From: an uncultured Anaerolineaceae bacterium
Lineage (GTDB): Bacteria > Chloroflexota > Anaerolineae > Anaerolineales > UBA4823
Assembly: GCA_964614855.1 (NCBI GenBank)
Contig: CAZTMX010000001.1
Location: 1-54,186, forward strand
DNA: 54,186 bases
Direction of reading: 5' to 3'
Shown here: positions 1 through 9,020 of the stretch, one piece after another
Layout: every line of letters begins with the position of its first letter
Numbering within the stretch: the stretch's first letter is position 1
Made by a program: the position numbers and the translations under genes
The notes under the pieces: model-generated
The model's database searches: none
Told to the model about the DNA's origin: nothing
The model's input: only the letters and a program-made list of their open reading frames with translations

Positions 1-1293
1 GCCTCCACACCGCTTACACTGGCGTACTGTGATGAGATCAGGCAGCACGCAGCTTACACCTGGGGGGCAGCCGCGGTGATCCAAATCATGGAAGCTCTGC
101 TGCCCGATTGGCCGCCGGATAAAAACTTGCAAGGGATGGTGTATCCTCCAGAGGCAAAAGATGAATGGTTGTACCGCCTTGGGATTGCCTATGCCTTGAC
201 GGGTGATCGGGAAGGGTCTTTAAAGCACTTTAACCAGATCATCCAAACACCCAGTGTGCCGCGTTCCAGCTGGATCGCTCCTGCACAGGATTTCCTGGAT
301 CATTACACTTCCGACCAGGATATCTATCGCGCATGCGTGTTGACCACTTACTGCCAGCCTGCAGAAGCCTTGCAAACGCTTGTTCGATTTCTACCGCCAG
401 GTCAGGAGATCCTTCCTTATCTATGGGATACAGGGGTTTCGGTCACGGCTTCTGGTTATTTCGATTTTGATCAGGATGGGGAAAGCGAACGATGGATCGA
501 TGTGCGCCACCGCACCCGAGAAAAACCTGAGTTCTGGATCCTGGCTGCCCACCCTGGCGGTTTCGATGCGTTACGCATCGACCAGGTGAATGCAAACCCG
601 CCGTCCATTGAGATCCTGGATGAAGCTTTCATTGCAGAAAGCTCGCTGCATTTACAGCCTGCAATTTTCCTGGACGGCTCCCTGGCTTTTCATATGCAGC
701 GGCTGCCGCGGTCGGAAGTCCCATACATTACACCGGTTGCTTTGCGCGATGTGTACCCGGACCGTTACCTGGCGGTGTTCCACCGTCTACAAAAAGCCTT
801 GTTTGATGGCGAACCCCCAAAGTCTGTGATGAAGGATTTGCAAGCCCTGGCAGTCTACCCGGGATTGCTGTGTAAGAATACCTGGAGCTGCGATCCCTAC
901 TACTACATGCTAGGCTTAGCCAGCGAACTGGCAGGTGACACGCGCGCGGCTGTGGATGCCTATCACAAGTTGTGGTCGGATTATTCCAAAAGCCCGTACA
1001 CTATCATGGCGCGTATCAAGCTGATGGGGAGCGCTTTGCAGACCCTGACACCTACGCCAACCTATACCCCGACCACAACCGTGACGCCAGAACCGAGCCT
1101 GACACCCACCCTCACAGTAACCGGTACACCACCGACAAGCACACCCACGCCAACATTGACCTACACGCCTGATCCTAACGCCACACCGACGGAGACGCCC
1201 ACCTTGACACCCACTGTAACCTCCACACTCAACCTGACTGAGACACCGACCATCACACCCAGCCCAACAGGTACAATTACTACCACTCCTTGA
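1..1293 (+). CDS. Hypothetical helical-repeat protein with C-terminal Thr/Pro-rich tail (5' end probably outside the window)
   Basis: ORF track gives 76..1293. The same frame stays open back to nt 1, so the gene likely starts upstream. The last ~83 aa are TPT/TPE low complexity. No catalytic motif recognised. Confidence 0.55.
   Translation, partial: ASTPLTLAYCDEIRQHAAYTWGAAAVIQIMEALLPDWPPDKNLQGMVYPPEAKDEWLYRLGIAYALTGDREGSLKHFNQIIQTPSVPRSSWIAPAQDFLDHYTSDQDIYRACVLTTYCQPAEALQTLVRFLPPGQEILPYLWDTGVSVTASGYFDFDQDGESERWIDVRHRTREKPEFWILAAHPGGFDALRIDQVNANPPSIEILDEAFIAESSLHLQPAIFLDGSLAFHMQRLPRSEVPYITPVALRDVYPDRYLAVFHRLQKALFDGEPPKSVMKDLQALAVYPGLLCKNTWSCDPYYYMLGLASELAGDTRAAVDAYHKLWSDYSKSPYTIMARIKLMGSALQTLTPTPTYTPTTTVTPEPSLTPTLTVTGTPPTSTPTPTLTYTPDPNATPTETPTLTPTVTSTLNLTETPTITPSPTGTITTTP
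1042..1290 (+). repeat. Coding low-complexity Thr/Pro-rich repeat (linker/tail)
   Basis: Translation reads TLTPTPTYTPTTTVTPEPSLTPTLTVTGTPPTSTPTPTLTYTP..., with imperfect ACN/CCN codon periodicity. Confidence 0.8.
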
Positions 1294-1304
1294 AAGGTGA
1301 GCAA

Positions 1305-2156
1305 ATGACTTATCATAGAACAACCTGGCGACTGGTGAAGACCGCGCCTGCACCCGGCGCCTGGAACATGGCATTAGACGAAGCAATATTAGAAGCGGCA
1401 GGATCCGGCAAGGTGCCGCCCACATTACGCCTTTATGCCTGGCAGCCAGCCTGCCTGTCATTGGGGTATGCCCAACCGGTAGCCGATGTAGATCGAGCGA
1501 GTTTGGAGAGATTTGGCTGGCACCTGGTACGCCGCCCCACTGGCGGCCGGGCGATATTACACACCGATGAGCTGACATATTCTGTGAGTGGCCCGCAAAG
1601 CGAAGCGCGCCTGGCAGGCGGTGTGCTGGAAAGTTATCGTGTGTTGGCGCAGGCGCTGCTGGAAGCGCTGCATTTGCTCAATATTCCTGCAATGGCAATC
1701 GAAAAACCAGCCGCCCTTGCTGCAGAGCCAACCCAAGGCAGCACACCCGGGACGAAAAATCCGGTTTGCTTTGAAGCCCCATCCAATTATGAGATTACCG
1801 TTCACGGCAAGAAACTCTTGGGAAGCGCACAGGCGAGGCGGAAAGAGGGTGTACTGCAGCACGGCTCGCTGCCGTTATTTGGGGATCTTACGCGCATTAC
1901 TAAGGGGTTGGTCTTTGCGGATGATATGGAGCGCCAACGGGCTGCGCATCGCTTGCTGGAAAGGGCGACTACATCCGAAACAGTGCTGGGACACCCCTTG
2001 GGGTGGGAAGATGCAGCCCAGGCTTTTGTGCAATCTTTTGCCGCGACTTTGAACCTGGAGCTTCAACCCGGCGAGCTGACCCAAGAAGAATTAGCACGCG
2101 CCGAAACCCTGCTGGTGGAAAAATTCAACAATCCGCACTGGACCGAGCGTATTTGA
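1305..2156 (+). CDS. Lipoate-protein ligase / octanoyltransferase family protein (BPL_LplA_LipB-type domain)
   Basis: WNMALDEAIL, LRLYAWQPACLSLGY and RRPTGGRAILH are typical of LplA-like ligases. ATG 1305 follows AAGGTGA. The alternative TTG 1290 overlaps the upstream stop. Confidence 0.8.
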   Translation: MTYHRTTWRLVKTAPAPGAWNMALDEAILEAAGSGKVPPTLRLYAWQPACLSLGYAQPVADVDRASLERFGWHLVRRPTGGRAILHTDELTYSVSGPQSEARLAGGVLESYRVLAQALLEALHLLNIPAMAIEKPAALAAEPTQGSTPGTKNPVCFEAPSNYEITVHGKKLLGSAQARRKEGVLQHGSLPLFGDLTRITKGLVFADDMERQRAAHRLLERATTSETVLGHPLGWEDAAQAFVQSFAATLNLELQPGELTQEELARAETLLVEKFNNPHWTERI

Positions 2157-2191
2157 TTATTCTGGGTTCAAGAGTGACCGTGTAGCAATCT

Positions 2192-2872
2192 TCAGGGGGT
2201 GGGTGTGCCTGTAGGGGCGAGAAAGACCACATCGCTGTACCCAAGCTGGATAAATAAGCGGTACAAGATGCTTTCTGCGTTCTTGCCCGCCTGGTCCAGG
2301 ATGCCGTCTTCCAGGGCGGCTTTTGTGATTTCTTTCTCGGCAGCCAGCCGTGCGCTGGATTCCAGCCTGTAATCCCCCTTTGTGAGCAACCCGGTTTCGC
2401 GATGGTAGACATACGATTTCTCGTTGTCCAGCGCAGTGATGAAAACCTCCGCTTCGGGCAGGTTGACCTGGATCACACCGTTCTCGACAGTGATATCTCG
2501 CGACGACAAGTGTTCCAGGTTGACACCGGCGATCACTTTGCCGTGTGCGACCAGGATCAATTTATCGCCAAATAACGAGCCAAATGCACGCTGGTTTGTC
2601 TCGGCGGTGATCACCTTTTCCACCGTGTATTGGATGGTTTCCAGGCGTGCCAGGGTGCGGATATCTCGGATCACGGTAATTGGATTGGGAAGAATAGTTG
2701 GCGTAGGGTTGAGGAAGCTGGAAACGCTGGTGCTGAGTTCTCCGGTCATGGATTGCACCGGGTGTACCGTGCGCTGCACTGTGTCCTGGATGATCCAAAC
2801 GATGCCAAAAGCCATCAGTGCCGTGATCAGGAGAAAACCGAGAACAAAAACCCATGCCTTTGTACTGTCCAT
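2192..2872 (-). CDS. DUF4230-family membrane-anchored protein
   Basis: ORF track gives 2192..2947. The internal ATG ending at 2872 yields an N-terminal TM helix (WVFVLGFLLITALMAFGIVWII) and avoids overlap with the divergent gene. The body resembles DUF4230 (IRTLARLETIQYTVEKVI, LILVAHGKVIAGVNL). Confidence 0.7.
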   Translation of the reverse strand: MDSTKAWVFVLGFLLITALMAFGIVWIIQDTVQRTVHPVQSMTGELSTSVSSFLNPTPTILPNPITVIRDIRTLARLETIQYTVEKVITAETNQRAFGSLFGDKLILVAHGKVIAGVNLEHLSSRDITVENGVIQVNLPEAEVFITALDNEKSYVYHRETGLLTKGDYRLESSARLAAEKEITKAALEDGILDQAGKNAESILYRLFIQLGYSDVVFLAPTGTPTP

Positions 2873-2898
2873 GCGCAAGATTATACTATAATACGCAC

Positions 2899-3183
2899 AT
2901 GGCTCTCGGCATCCTAACTCTACAGCTGCATTTTCCGGGCTGCACATCCTTGAAGGAAAAACGCAGCCGCCTGAAACCCCTGCTGGCGCGCTTGCACCGG
3001 GAATTTAACGTCTCAGTGGCAGAGCTCGAGTTGCAGGATACCTGGCAGGATACCCTGATAGGATGCGCCCTGATCAGCAGCGACAGCGCCCAAACCCAGC
3101 GTTCGCTGCAGCAGGTATCCCACTGGGTAGAAACCCACTGGCTGGATGTCGAGCTGGTGGATGATCATATGGAAATCATCTAA
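2899..3183 (+). CDS. DUF503 (YlxP-like) protein
   Basis: MALGILTLQLHFPGCTSLKEKRSRLKPLL... matches the DUF503 pattern. ATG 2899 lies 6 nt after TATAAT (2887..2892). The upstream extension to 2854 would overlap the divergent gene. Confidence 0.75.
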   Translation: MALGILTLQLHFPGCTSLKEKRSRLKPLLARLHREFNVSVAELELQDTWQDTLIGCALISSDSAQTQRSLQQVSHWVETHWLDVELVDDHMEII

Positions 3184-3229
3184 TTTTGCATCCCCTTGGC
3201 TTACGCAGGGGAATACCACAGGAGAGAAC

Positions 3230-4021
3230 ATGGACTTGAAATTACGCGGTAGAAAAGCATTGGTAACCGGAGCCAGCCGGGGGTTGGGGTATGCAGTTGC
3301 CCTGGGGTTGGCTCGTGAAGGGGCAGAACTGGCGATAAACAGCAGGAGTACAGAGAGTGTTCAGGTAGCAGCGGAAAAAATCGCACAGGAGAGCGGTATG
3401 CGTGCATTTGGTTTTGCTGGAGATATCGGTGAACCAGATTATCCTCAGAAACTGGTGGAGCAAGCGGCCGCAGCTCTGGGCGGTCTGGATCTGATTGTGA
3501 CCAATGCGGGCGGGCCGCCTCCCGGAAAATTTGAACAATTTGACGATGCAGCCTGGCAGACAGCGGTGGATCTCTCGCTGATGAGCCATGTACGCCTGAT
3601 CCGCGCCGCGCTGCCGTACCTGAAACAATCCAGTGCAGCCAGTGTACTCACCATAACTTCCTACTCGGTAAAGCAGCCTGTGCCAAACCTGGTGCTTTCC
3701 AACAGCGTGCGCGCCGCCACAGTCGGGCTGACCAAAACCCTGGCTTTGGAGCTGGGCAGCGACGGCATCCGTTTCAATTCCATCCTGCCGGGTTGGACTG
3801 AGACGGAGAGAGTTTACCAACTGATGGGAGCGCGGGCAAAAAATAACAGCACCACGGTTGAAGAAGAGATCGCGCTGCAAATCAAGGACAGTCCCTTGGG
3901 GCGGATGTGCCAACCGGAAGAATTCGCCAATGTGGCGGTTTTCCTGCTCTCACCGGCAGCCGCTTACCTGACCGGGATCATGGTAACTGTCGACGGTGGG
4001 ATGTATAAAGGCACGCTGTAA
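3230..4021 (+). CDS. Short-chain dehydrogenase/reductase (SDR) family oxidoreductase
   Basis: ALVTGASRGLG Rossmann motif and a NAGG motif. The length is typical of a classical SDR. ATG 3230 is preceded by GGAGAG. Confidence 0.85.
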   Translation: MDLKLRGRKALVTGASRGLGYAVALGLAREGAELAINSRSTESVQVAAEKIAQESGMRAFGFAGDIGEPDYPQKLVEQAAAALGGLDLIVTNAGGPPPGKFEQFDDAAWQTAVDLSLMSHVRLIRAALPYLKQSSAASVLTITSYSVKQPVPNLVLSNSVRAATVGLTKTLALELGSDGIRFNSILPGWTETERVYQLMGARAKNNSTTVEEEIALQIKDSPLGRMCQPEEFANVAVFLLSPAAAYLTGIMVTVDGGMYKGTL

Positions 4022-4030
4022 AGGGCTGGC

Positions 4031-4564
4031 ATGGCAGTTGTCGTTGTTGCATCCACAAATCCGGTAAAGGTCCTGGCGGTCCAGCATGGTTTTTCGCAAA
4101 TGTTCCCCGCACAGGTTTTTGAATACCAGACTATCTCTGTCCCGTCTGGGGTAAGCGACCAACCCTGTACAGATGAGGAAACCCTGACCGGAGCATTGAA
4201 CAGAAGCCTGGCTGCACAGCAAAGCCTGCCGCAAGCGCAGTATTGGGTGGGTGTGGAAGGCGGGGTGGAGTGGCATGGGGAGGAGATGGCAGCATATGCC
4301 TGGATCGTTATCCGCTCAAATGAATTGACAGGCAAAAGCCGGACGGGGGTGTTTTTCCTGCCGTCCAGGGTGGCTGAATTGGTTCGCCAGGGAAAAGAAC
4401 TGGGCGAAGCTGATGATATCGTGTTTGGGCGCTCGAATTCAAAACAAGAAAACGGCGCCGTCGGTTTGTTAAGCGGGAATGTGCTCGACAGGGCGCAGCT
4501 TTACGGACAGGCGGTTATCCTGGCGCTTATTCCTTTCAAAAACCCACACCTGTACGATAGGTAA
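4031..4564 (+). CDS. yjjX: Inosine/xanthosine triphosphatase (YjjX/DUF84 family non-canonical NTPase)
   Basis: N-terminus VVVASTNPVKV and overall length match the YjjX family. Confidence 0.7.
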   Translation: MAVVVVASTNPVKVLAVQHGFSQMFPAQVFEYQTISVPSGVSDQPCTDEETLTGALNRSLAAQQSLPQAQYWVGVEGGVEWHGEEMAAYAWIVIRSNELTGKSRTGVFFLPSRVAELVRQGKELGEADDIVFGRSNSKQENGAVGLLSGNVLDRAQLYGQAVILALIPFKNPHLYDR

Positions 4565-5389
4565 ATGAACGAAAAGTATGATGTTGACGGGGTCATCTTT
4601 GACCTGGATGGGACGATTTACCTGGGCGAGCAGGCGCTGCCCGGCGCAGTGGATGCAGTTGCGGAGCTGCGGCGCAGAGGGAAGCGGGTCCTTTTCGTCA
4701 GCAACAAACCGTTAGAACCGCGCCGCGCGTATGCGCAGAAATTAACCCGCCTGGGTATGCCAACAGAAGAGGCGGATGTCATCACCTCCGCTTATGTGTT
4801 GGGGTTTTATTTGAAACATCACGCGCCGAAGCTGCGCCTGTATGTGATCGGCGAAGCTAGCCTGCGAGCTGAGCTGGCGGGATGGGGGCTGCAGGTGCTG
4901 CCTGAGTTCTTTGAGCAGGACGAAAAAGGGGTGATCGATACGGCAGGCGTTGATGCCGTCGTGGCGGCTTTCGATCGGACACTGGATTACCGTAAGCTGA
5001 ATACCGCTTACCAGGCGCTCAGGCGCGGCGCTCAATTCTTTGCTACAAACGCCGATAAGACGTGTCCCATGCCGGGTGGAGCAATACCGGATGCCGGGGC
5101 GACCATTGCCGCCCTGGAGCATATGACCGGCCGCCAGGTGGAGCTTCTGGCAGGCAAACCCTCCGCACTGATGATCCAGGTCGCTACGGATGTGCTCCAG
5201 CTACCTGCCCAGCGCTGCCTGGTTGTGGGCGACCGCCTGGAAACCGATATCCTGATGGGGCAGCGAGCTGGGGCGTTGACGTCGGTTGTCTTGACCGGCG
5301 CCTCTACCCTGAACCAGGTAAAAGAAATGAAAACGCCACCCACTTTTGTCTTGAACGATCTGAAAGAGCTGTTTCAGTGGGTGGCGTAG
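4565..5389 (+). CDS. HAD-IIA family hydrolase (NagD-like sugar phosphatase)
   Basis: DGVIFDLDGTIY (DxDGT motif I), VSNK, and GDRLETDI (motif IV). The start abuts the upstream stop. Confidence 0.85.
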   Translation: MNEKYDVDGVIFDLDGTIYLGEQALPGAVDAVAELRRRGKRVLFVSNKPLEPRRAYAQKLTRLGMPTEEADVITSAYVLGFYLKHHAPKLRLYVIGEASLRAELAGWGLQVLPEFFEQDEKGVIDTAGVDAVVAAFDRTLDYRKLNTAYQALRRGAQFFATNADKTCPMPGGAIPDAGATIAALEHMTGRQVELLAGKPSALMIQVATDVLQLPAQRCLVVGDRLETDILMGQRAGALTSVVLTGASTLNQVKEMKTPPTFVLNDLKELFQWVA

Positions 5390-5431
5390 AAGATCTATTG
5401 GTACAAGAAAATAGCGAACCAGGTCCCTTGT

Positions 5432-7261
5432 TTATTTACCCCAGTTGAAATCCAATTGGAATCTTTCCAGGCTCCAGGCAGGCGTGACCTGGAAGACCAA
5501 CGGTATGCCGTGGAACTCCTGTGGGATGTCCGTTAGAAGTACGCTGTATTCTCCACCCTCAGCAGCCGTCTCCAGGATAGTCCAGCTTTTTCCACCATCG
5601 GTAGAGTAACTGACCAGTGCAGGCTCACTGGCATTTGCCCAACGCAGACCCAGATTATCGCCGTCCTGCACCAGGCTGAGATCCTGGCTGGGCGCAAGAG
5701 TAAGAGTATCTGGAGAGTTTGGATTTTGTGCAATGGCTTGTTCAAGGACTACCTGGTCTTGATGTAAAATCCGCAAGCCGGCTGGTATTTGTTCCGGCAG
5801 GGGCAGCGCAGCATTGAAGTGTTTTATCGTGTGTTCACCTACCAAGGCCAGGTTGATGGGAAGAGGCTGCTCATCAAGCACAACTCCGTTAGCATCTAAG
5901 AATTGCACTCGGTATTCGCTATCCTTCAACAAATCGTCTGCTACAATATCAAGGAAATACGACGGTTCGATATTGATGCCGCCGCTATCCTGGATCGCAC
6001 CGCTCAGGAGCAAGCTGGTCTGTGAGGCCAATGTAACGGGGATAGAATCGCCATAATTAATTTGGGATGACAGCAAGCCTTTATAGGTGAAATCGGAAAT
6101 CCACTCTGGCCCGCAATAGCTCATAATATCTTTGTATATGGAAGGAGATTTGACTGAAAGTGTGCTTGTGTTTAACCCAAATTGGCCGATGCTGCCATCC
6201 GGGTATGGATAACCGGGGTGGACATCCACCACATCACCGCATGGGGAATGCAGGCGGCCGAGATTATGTCCAATCTCGTGAGCTGCGGTGACACCGCCAT
6301 CCAATCCGATCGACAAAGCGTCCGCAAGTCCAACAGAAACGCGCTGCCCATCATAAGTGGGCAAACCGACTTCTCCAATGCCGACATAGCCGCCCTCAAA
6401 CCAGGTAAAGCCTCTATCGTCGTAAACAGGCACCAGGCCGTAGTAGACCTCAGCGTATGGCGAGCCATCTAAGCTTTTCTGTTTGATCACCAGGTTGAGT
6501 AATGCCACCCAATCCCAATAATAATAGAGATCACCGGTGAAATTCAAGGGGGTCGGGCTGACTACCACATCTACTGTTCCGACGGGATAGATGCTTTGCA
6601 GCGAGGGTTTCAGGAAAGATGAAGAAGCAGGGGGGAAGGTTTTATCGTAATACTCATCGGTATAACGAATGGGGATTACCCTGACTCGAAGGTTAGGCAC
6701 AGCGATAAAGATGGCATTGTATCCAAAGAAGTTATTTTCTTCGTTGCTTTCCCAGTATTTGGAACCAGCGTCTACCCAGGCAGTTAAAACGACAGCGCCG
6801 TTCAGCCAATCTGACGGCAGGATGAAATTGAAACTCTTATTGATATCTGCACGCATCGAGTTGGCGTCCAGGGTCAGCGGATAGGCCAGGCTGGCCGTGG
6901 ATACCAGCGGTGAACCCGCCAGTGGCACACCATTGCGGGTAGCGCTTAAGTACACAGTAATGTTCGACAATGCAGCGGCTTCATTCACCCTGGCATACAC
7001 ACGTGCAACAGTTGGACGGTTGCTCACCAGGGTGACTTTATTGTCCAGGCTCTGAATGGCCTGGGTAACCTCAACCGCCGAGATGGTCAGATCCCGGGTT
7101 GGCAAGGGCGCCCGTGCCACAAATGGCAGATAAAAGTAGAGCTCTTGTTCTGTGGCTGTGTCGGGGGTTTGGGCAGATCCGGTGTGATAGCTGCTGCTCA
7201 GTAGCACGATCAGCAGTAAAAATACTGCACGCAATCTGCGTAGTGGTTGGTTAATTTTCAT
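5432..7261 (-). CDS. Secreted metzincin-type zinc metalloprotease
   Basis: N-terminal signal peptide (LLLIVLLSSSYHTGSA). HEIGHNLGRLH (HExxHxxGxxH, nt 6248..6280) is followed by a DIMSY Met-turn-like motif. SD GAGGTG lies upstream. Confidence 0.8.
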   Translation of the reverse strand: MKINQPLRRLRAVFLLLIVLLSSSYHTGSAQTPDTATEQELYFYLPFVARAPLPTRDLTISAVEVTQAIQSLDNKVTLVSNRPTVARVYARVNEAAALSNITVYLSATRNGVPLAGSPLVSTASLAYPLTLDANSMRADINKSFNFILPSDWLNGAVVLTAWVDAGSKYWESNEENNFFGYNAIFIAVPNLRVRVIPIRYTDEYYDKTFPPASSSFLKPSLQSIYPVGTVDVVVSPTPLNFTGDLYYYWDWVALLNLVIKQKSLDGSPYAEVYYGLVPVYDDRGFTWFEGGYVGIGEVGLPTYDGQRVSVGLADALSIGLDGGVTAAHEIGHNLGRLHSPCGDVVDVHPGYPYPDGSIGQFGLNTSTLSVKSPSIYKDIMSYCGPEWISDFTYKGLLSSQINYGDSIPVTLASQTSLLLSGAIQDSGGINIEPSYFLDIVADDLLKDSEYRVQFLDANGVVLDEQPLPINLALVGEHTIKHFNAALPLPEQIPAGLRILHQDQVVLEQAIAQNPNSPDTLTLAPSQDLSLVQDGDNLGLRWANASEPALVSYSTDGGKSWTILETAAEGGEYSVLLTDIPQEFHGIPLVFQVTPAWSLERFQLDFNWGK

Positions 7262-7455
7262 GCGCAGGGCACCTCATAAATATTCTTCTTACTTTTCGAC
7301 CGCCGCGCCACGGTGTTCCGGCCTTTTGGCAGCCCCAGGGTTACCGGTAATAGAATGGGCAGAATGAAGGGTTGCCTATGGGGCGCAAGTATAGCATAAA
7401 TGGTTTCTGAATAAGCTTAAAGGGGATTAATCTGTAAGTAAATAGGATAAATGGG

Positions 7456-8541
7456 CTAGGTTCTTGCTTTACCGCGCGCTTTGCGAACATAGATAGGGTT
7501 GCTGTAAATCCAGCCGCGCAGCTTTCCTTGAAATTGCGTATAGGCTTCTATACGGTAAACCCCCGGCTCAACGGTGATGTAGGTGCAGGTTTGCTGGTTT
7601 TCCCAGGTCTGAATTTGTACCCCGTCTTTGATCAGCCTGGTTTGGGCAGGACCTGGCAGGCGTACCTGCAGAGTGACGCCGTTAGAAATGTTCAGCTCTT
7701 CCCCCATTTGGACCTTTGTTTCCTGGCCCTGGGCGGTAAAACGAAACCCGCGGGTGGAAGCAGGTAAATCATTACCGATGAAGGCGCGGCCGTGCTGCAG
7801 GGCAGTGTAGATATTTTGCCGGTCGTTTTCAAGCTCTCCCTTCAATGGGTTCTCGCAAAGTAGATGGGTATTGATGCAGCGAAAATGGAATTCGTAGGGA
7901 AACAATACTCTCTTCAACGGCCCCATGCTGGCAGGCATGGCGTGTGCATCTGAGCCGCCGACCGCTACCACTATCTTCCCGCTGGCCAGTAATTCGTCCC
8001 ATCGCTTCAATGCGATGGAGGACGGTGCATGGGCGATGTGCTCGGGGTTATAAGCATAATATATCGCATGCAGCTTGTTTTTCAGCAGCGATTTGAACTC
8101 GGACATGTGGTTCCACAATTCGATGCCTGTGTACCCCTGGACATGCCAGTCCTCCCAGGAAATGTCAGTCTCTCCAAAAGCCGGCGCGGCAGGATCGTAG
8201 ATATGCGCCAAAAACGAAAGACCGCCGGACTGGCGCACCGAATCGATCAAGAATTGCGGATCGTAAGCATTGGTTGCTAAATCCTTGTTGGCATTGAAAA
8301 CCAGGAGGTGGTTTTTTTGCGGTTGGCGAGCCTGGTCGTGGATCTCTTCGCCGATGAGAAGTAGAACCTTCTTATCGCCTTCCTGATATACTTTTTCGAC
8401 CCCGCTGACATACACATTGTGATCAGTGACGATGACGGCATCCAATCCGGCGCGCAATGCCGCCTGGGCGATCTCTGCATGGCTGGCATGGCCATCAGAA
8501 TAATGGGTATGCATGTGGAGATTGATGACAACTTCGTGCAT
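7456..8541 (-). CDS. PHP-domain metallohydrolase (CehA/McbA-like)
   Basis: INLHMHTHYSDGH and AVIVTDHN motifs are typical of the PHP fold. Confidence 0.8.
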   Translation of the reverse strand: MHEVVINLHMHTHYSDGHASHAEIAQAALRAGLDAVIVTDHNVYVSGVEKVYQEGDKKVLLLIGEEIHDQARQPQKNHLLVFNANKDLATNAYDPQFLIDSVRQSGGLSFLAHIYDPAAPAFGETDISWEDWHVQGYTGIELWNHMSEFKSLLKNKLHAIYYAYNPEHIAHAPSSIALKRWDELLASGKIVVAVGGSDAHAMPASMGPLKRVLFPYEFHFRCINTHLLCENPLKGELENDRQNIYTALQHGRAFIGNDLPASTRGFRFTAQGQETKVQMGEELNISNGVTLQVRLPGPAQTRLIKDGVQIQTWENQQTCTYITVEPGVYRIEAYTQFQGKLRGWIYSNPIYVRKARGKART

Positions 8542-8557
8542 TGAGTCTCTAGATGAT

Positions 8558-8586
8558 TTGACGGATAGCCAAACGAAAGGTATAAT
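8558..8586 (+). promoter_or_regulatory. Sigma70-like promoter for secG (TTGACG-17-TATAAT)
   Basis: TTGACG at 8558..8563, a 17-nt spacer, then TATAAT at 8581..8586. It lies ~40 nt upstream of AGGAGG (8618..8623) and the GTG start at 8629. Confidence 0.55.
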
Positions 8587-8628
8587 CCACCCTGCTTAAT
8601 TACCAGGTTATACCAGCAGGAGGCTGTA

Positions 8629-8853
8629 GTGAAACTGTATCTCGATATCGCATTGATTATAACTTCTATTGCTTTGATTGCCAGTGTTATCTTGCAGAGC
8701 AAGGGCGCTGGCTTGGGTGGGTTGACCGGCGGCGACAGCAGCGGCTTTGTTACTGCACGGCGGGGTATTGAAAAAACACTGTTTCGCGTAACTATCGGTC
8801 TGAGTGTTTTATTCTTTGGCCTGGCGCTTGCCACCACCATTGTTACAGGGTAG
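8629..8853 (+). CDS. secG: Preprotein translocase subunit SecG
   Basis: 74 aa with two TM helices flanking the Gly-rich loop QSKGAGLGGLTGG. GTG start with a strong SD. Confidence 0.85.
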   Translation: MKLYLDIALIITSIALIASVILQSKGAGLGGLTGGDSSGFVTARRGIEKTLFRVTIGLSVLFFGLALATTIVTG

Positions 8854-8973
8854 TTAGAAAAGGTCGCACAAATCTCGAAAACACGCAAGCCTGGTAGTCC
8901 GTTAGATACACCTGGCGAGGGATGCTACCGGCAAGTGGTCGAATTGGTGCAGACCGACGGGAGCGTTGTTTAG

Positions 8974-9010
8974 AAGGCGTTTCACGGTCAAAGAGTGAAA
9001 CGCCTTTATT
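8974..9010 (+). terminator. Stem-loop with U-rich tail between secG and the SBP gene
   Basis: AAGGCGTTTCAC (8974..8985) pairs with GTGAAACGCCTT (8995..9006), followed by TATT. The hairpin ends 11 nt before ATG 9021. Confidence 0.5.
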
Positions 9011-9020
9011 AATCAATATT

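Noticed and set aside
8922-9020. N-terminal extension of the solute-binding protein (track start 8922)
   Set aside because: It would translate through a 12-bp hairpin/terminator and gives a non-signal Arg-rich N-terminus. ATG 9021 gives a proper TM anchor.
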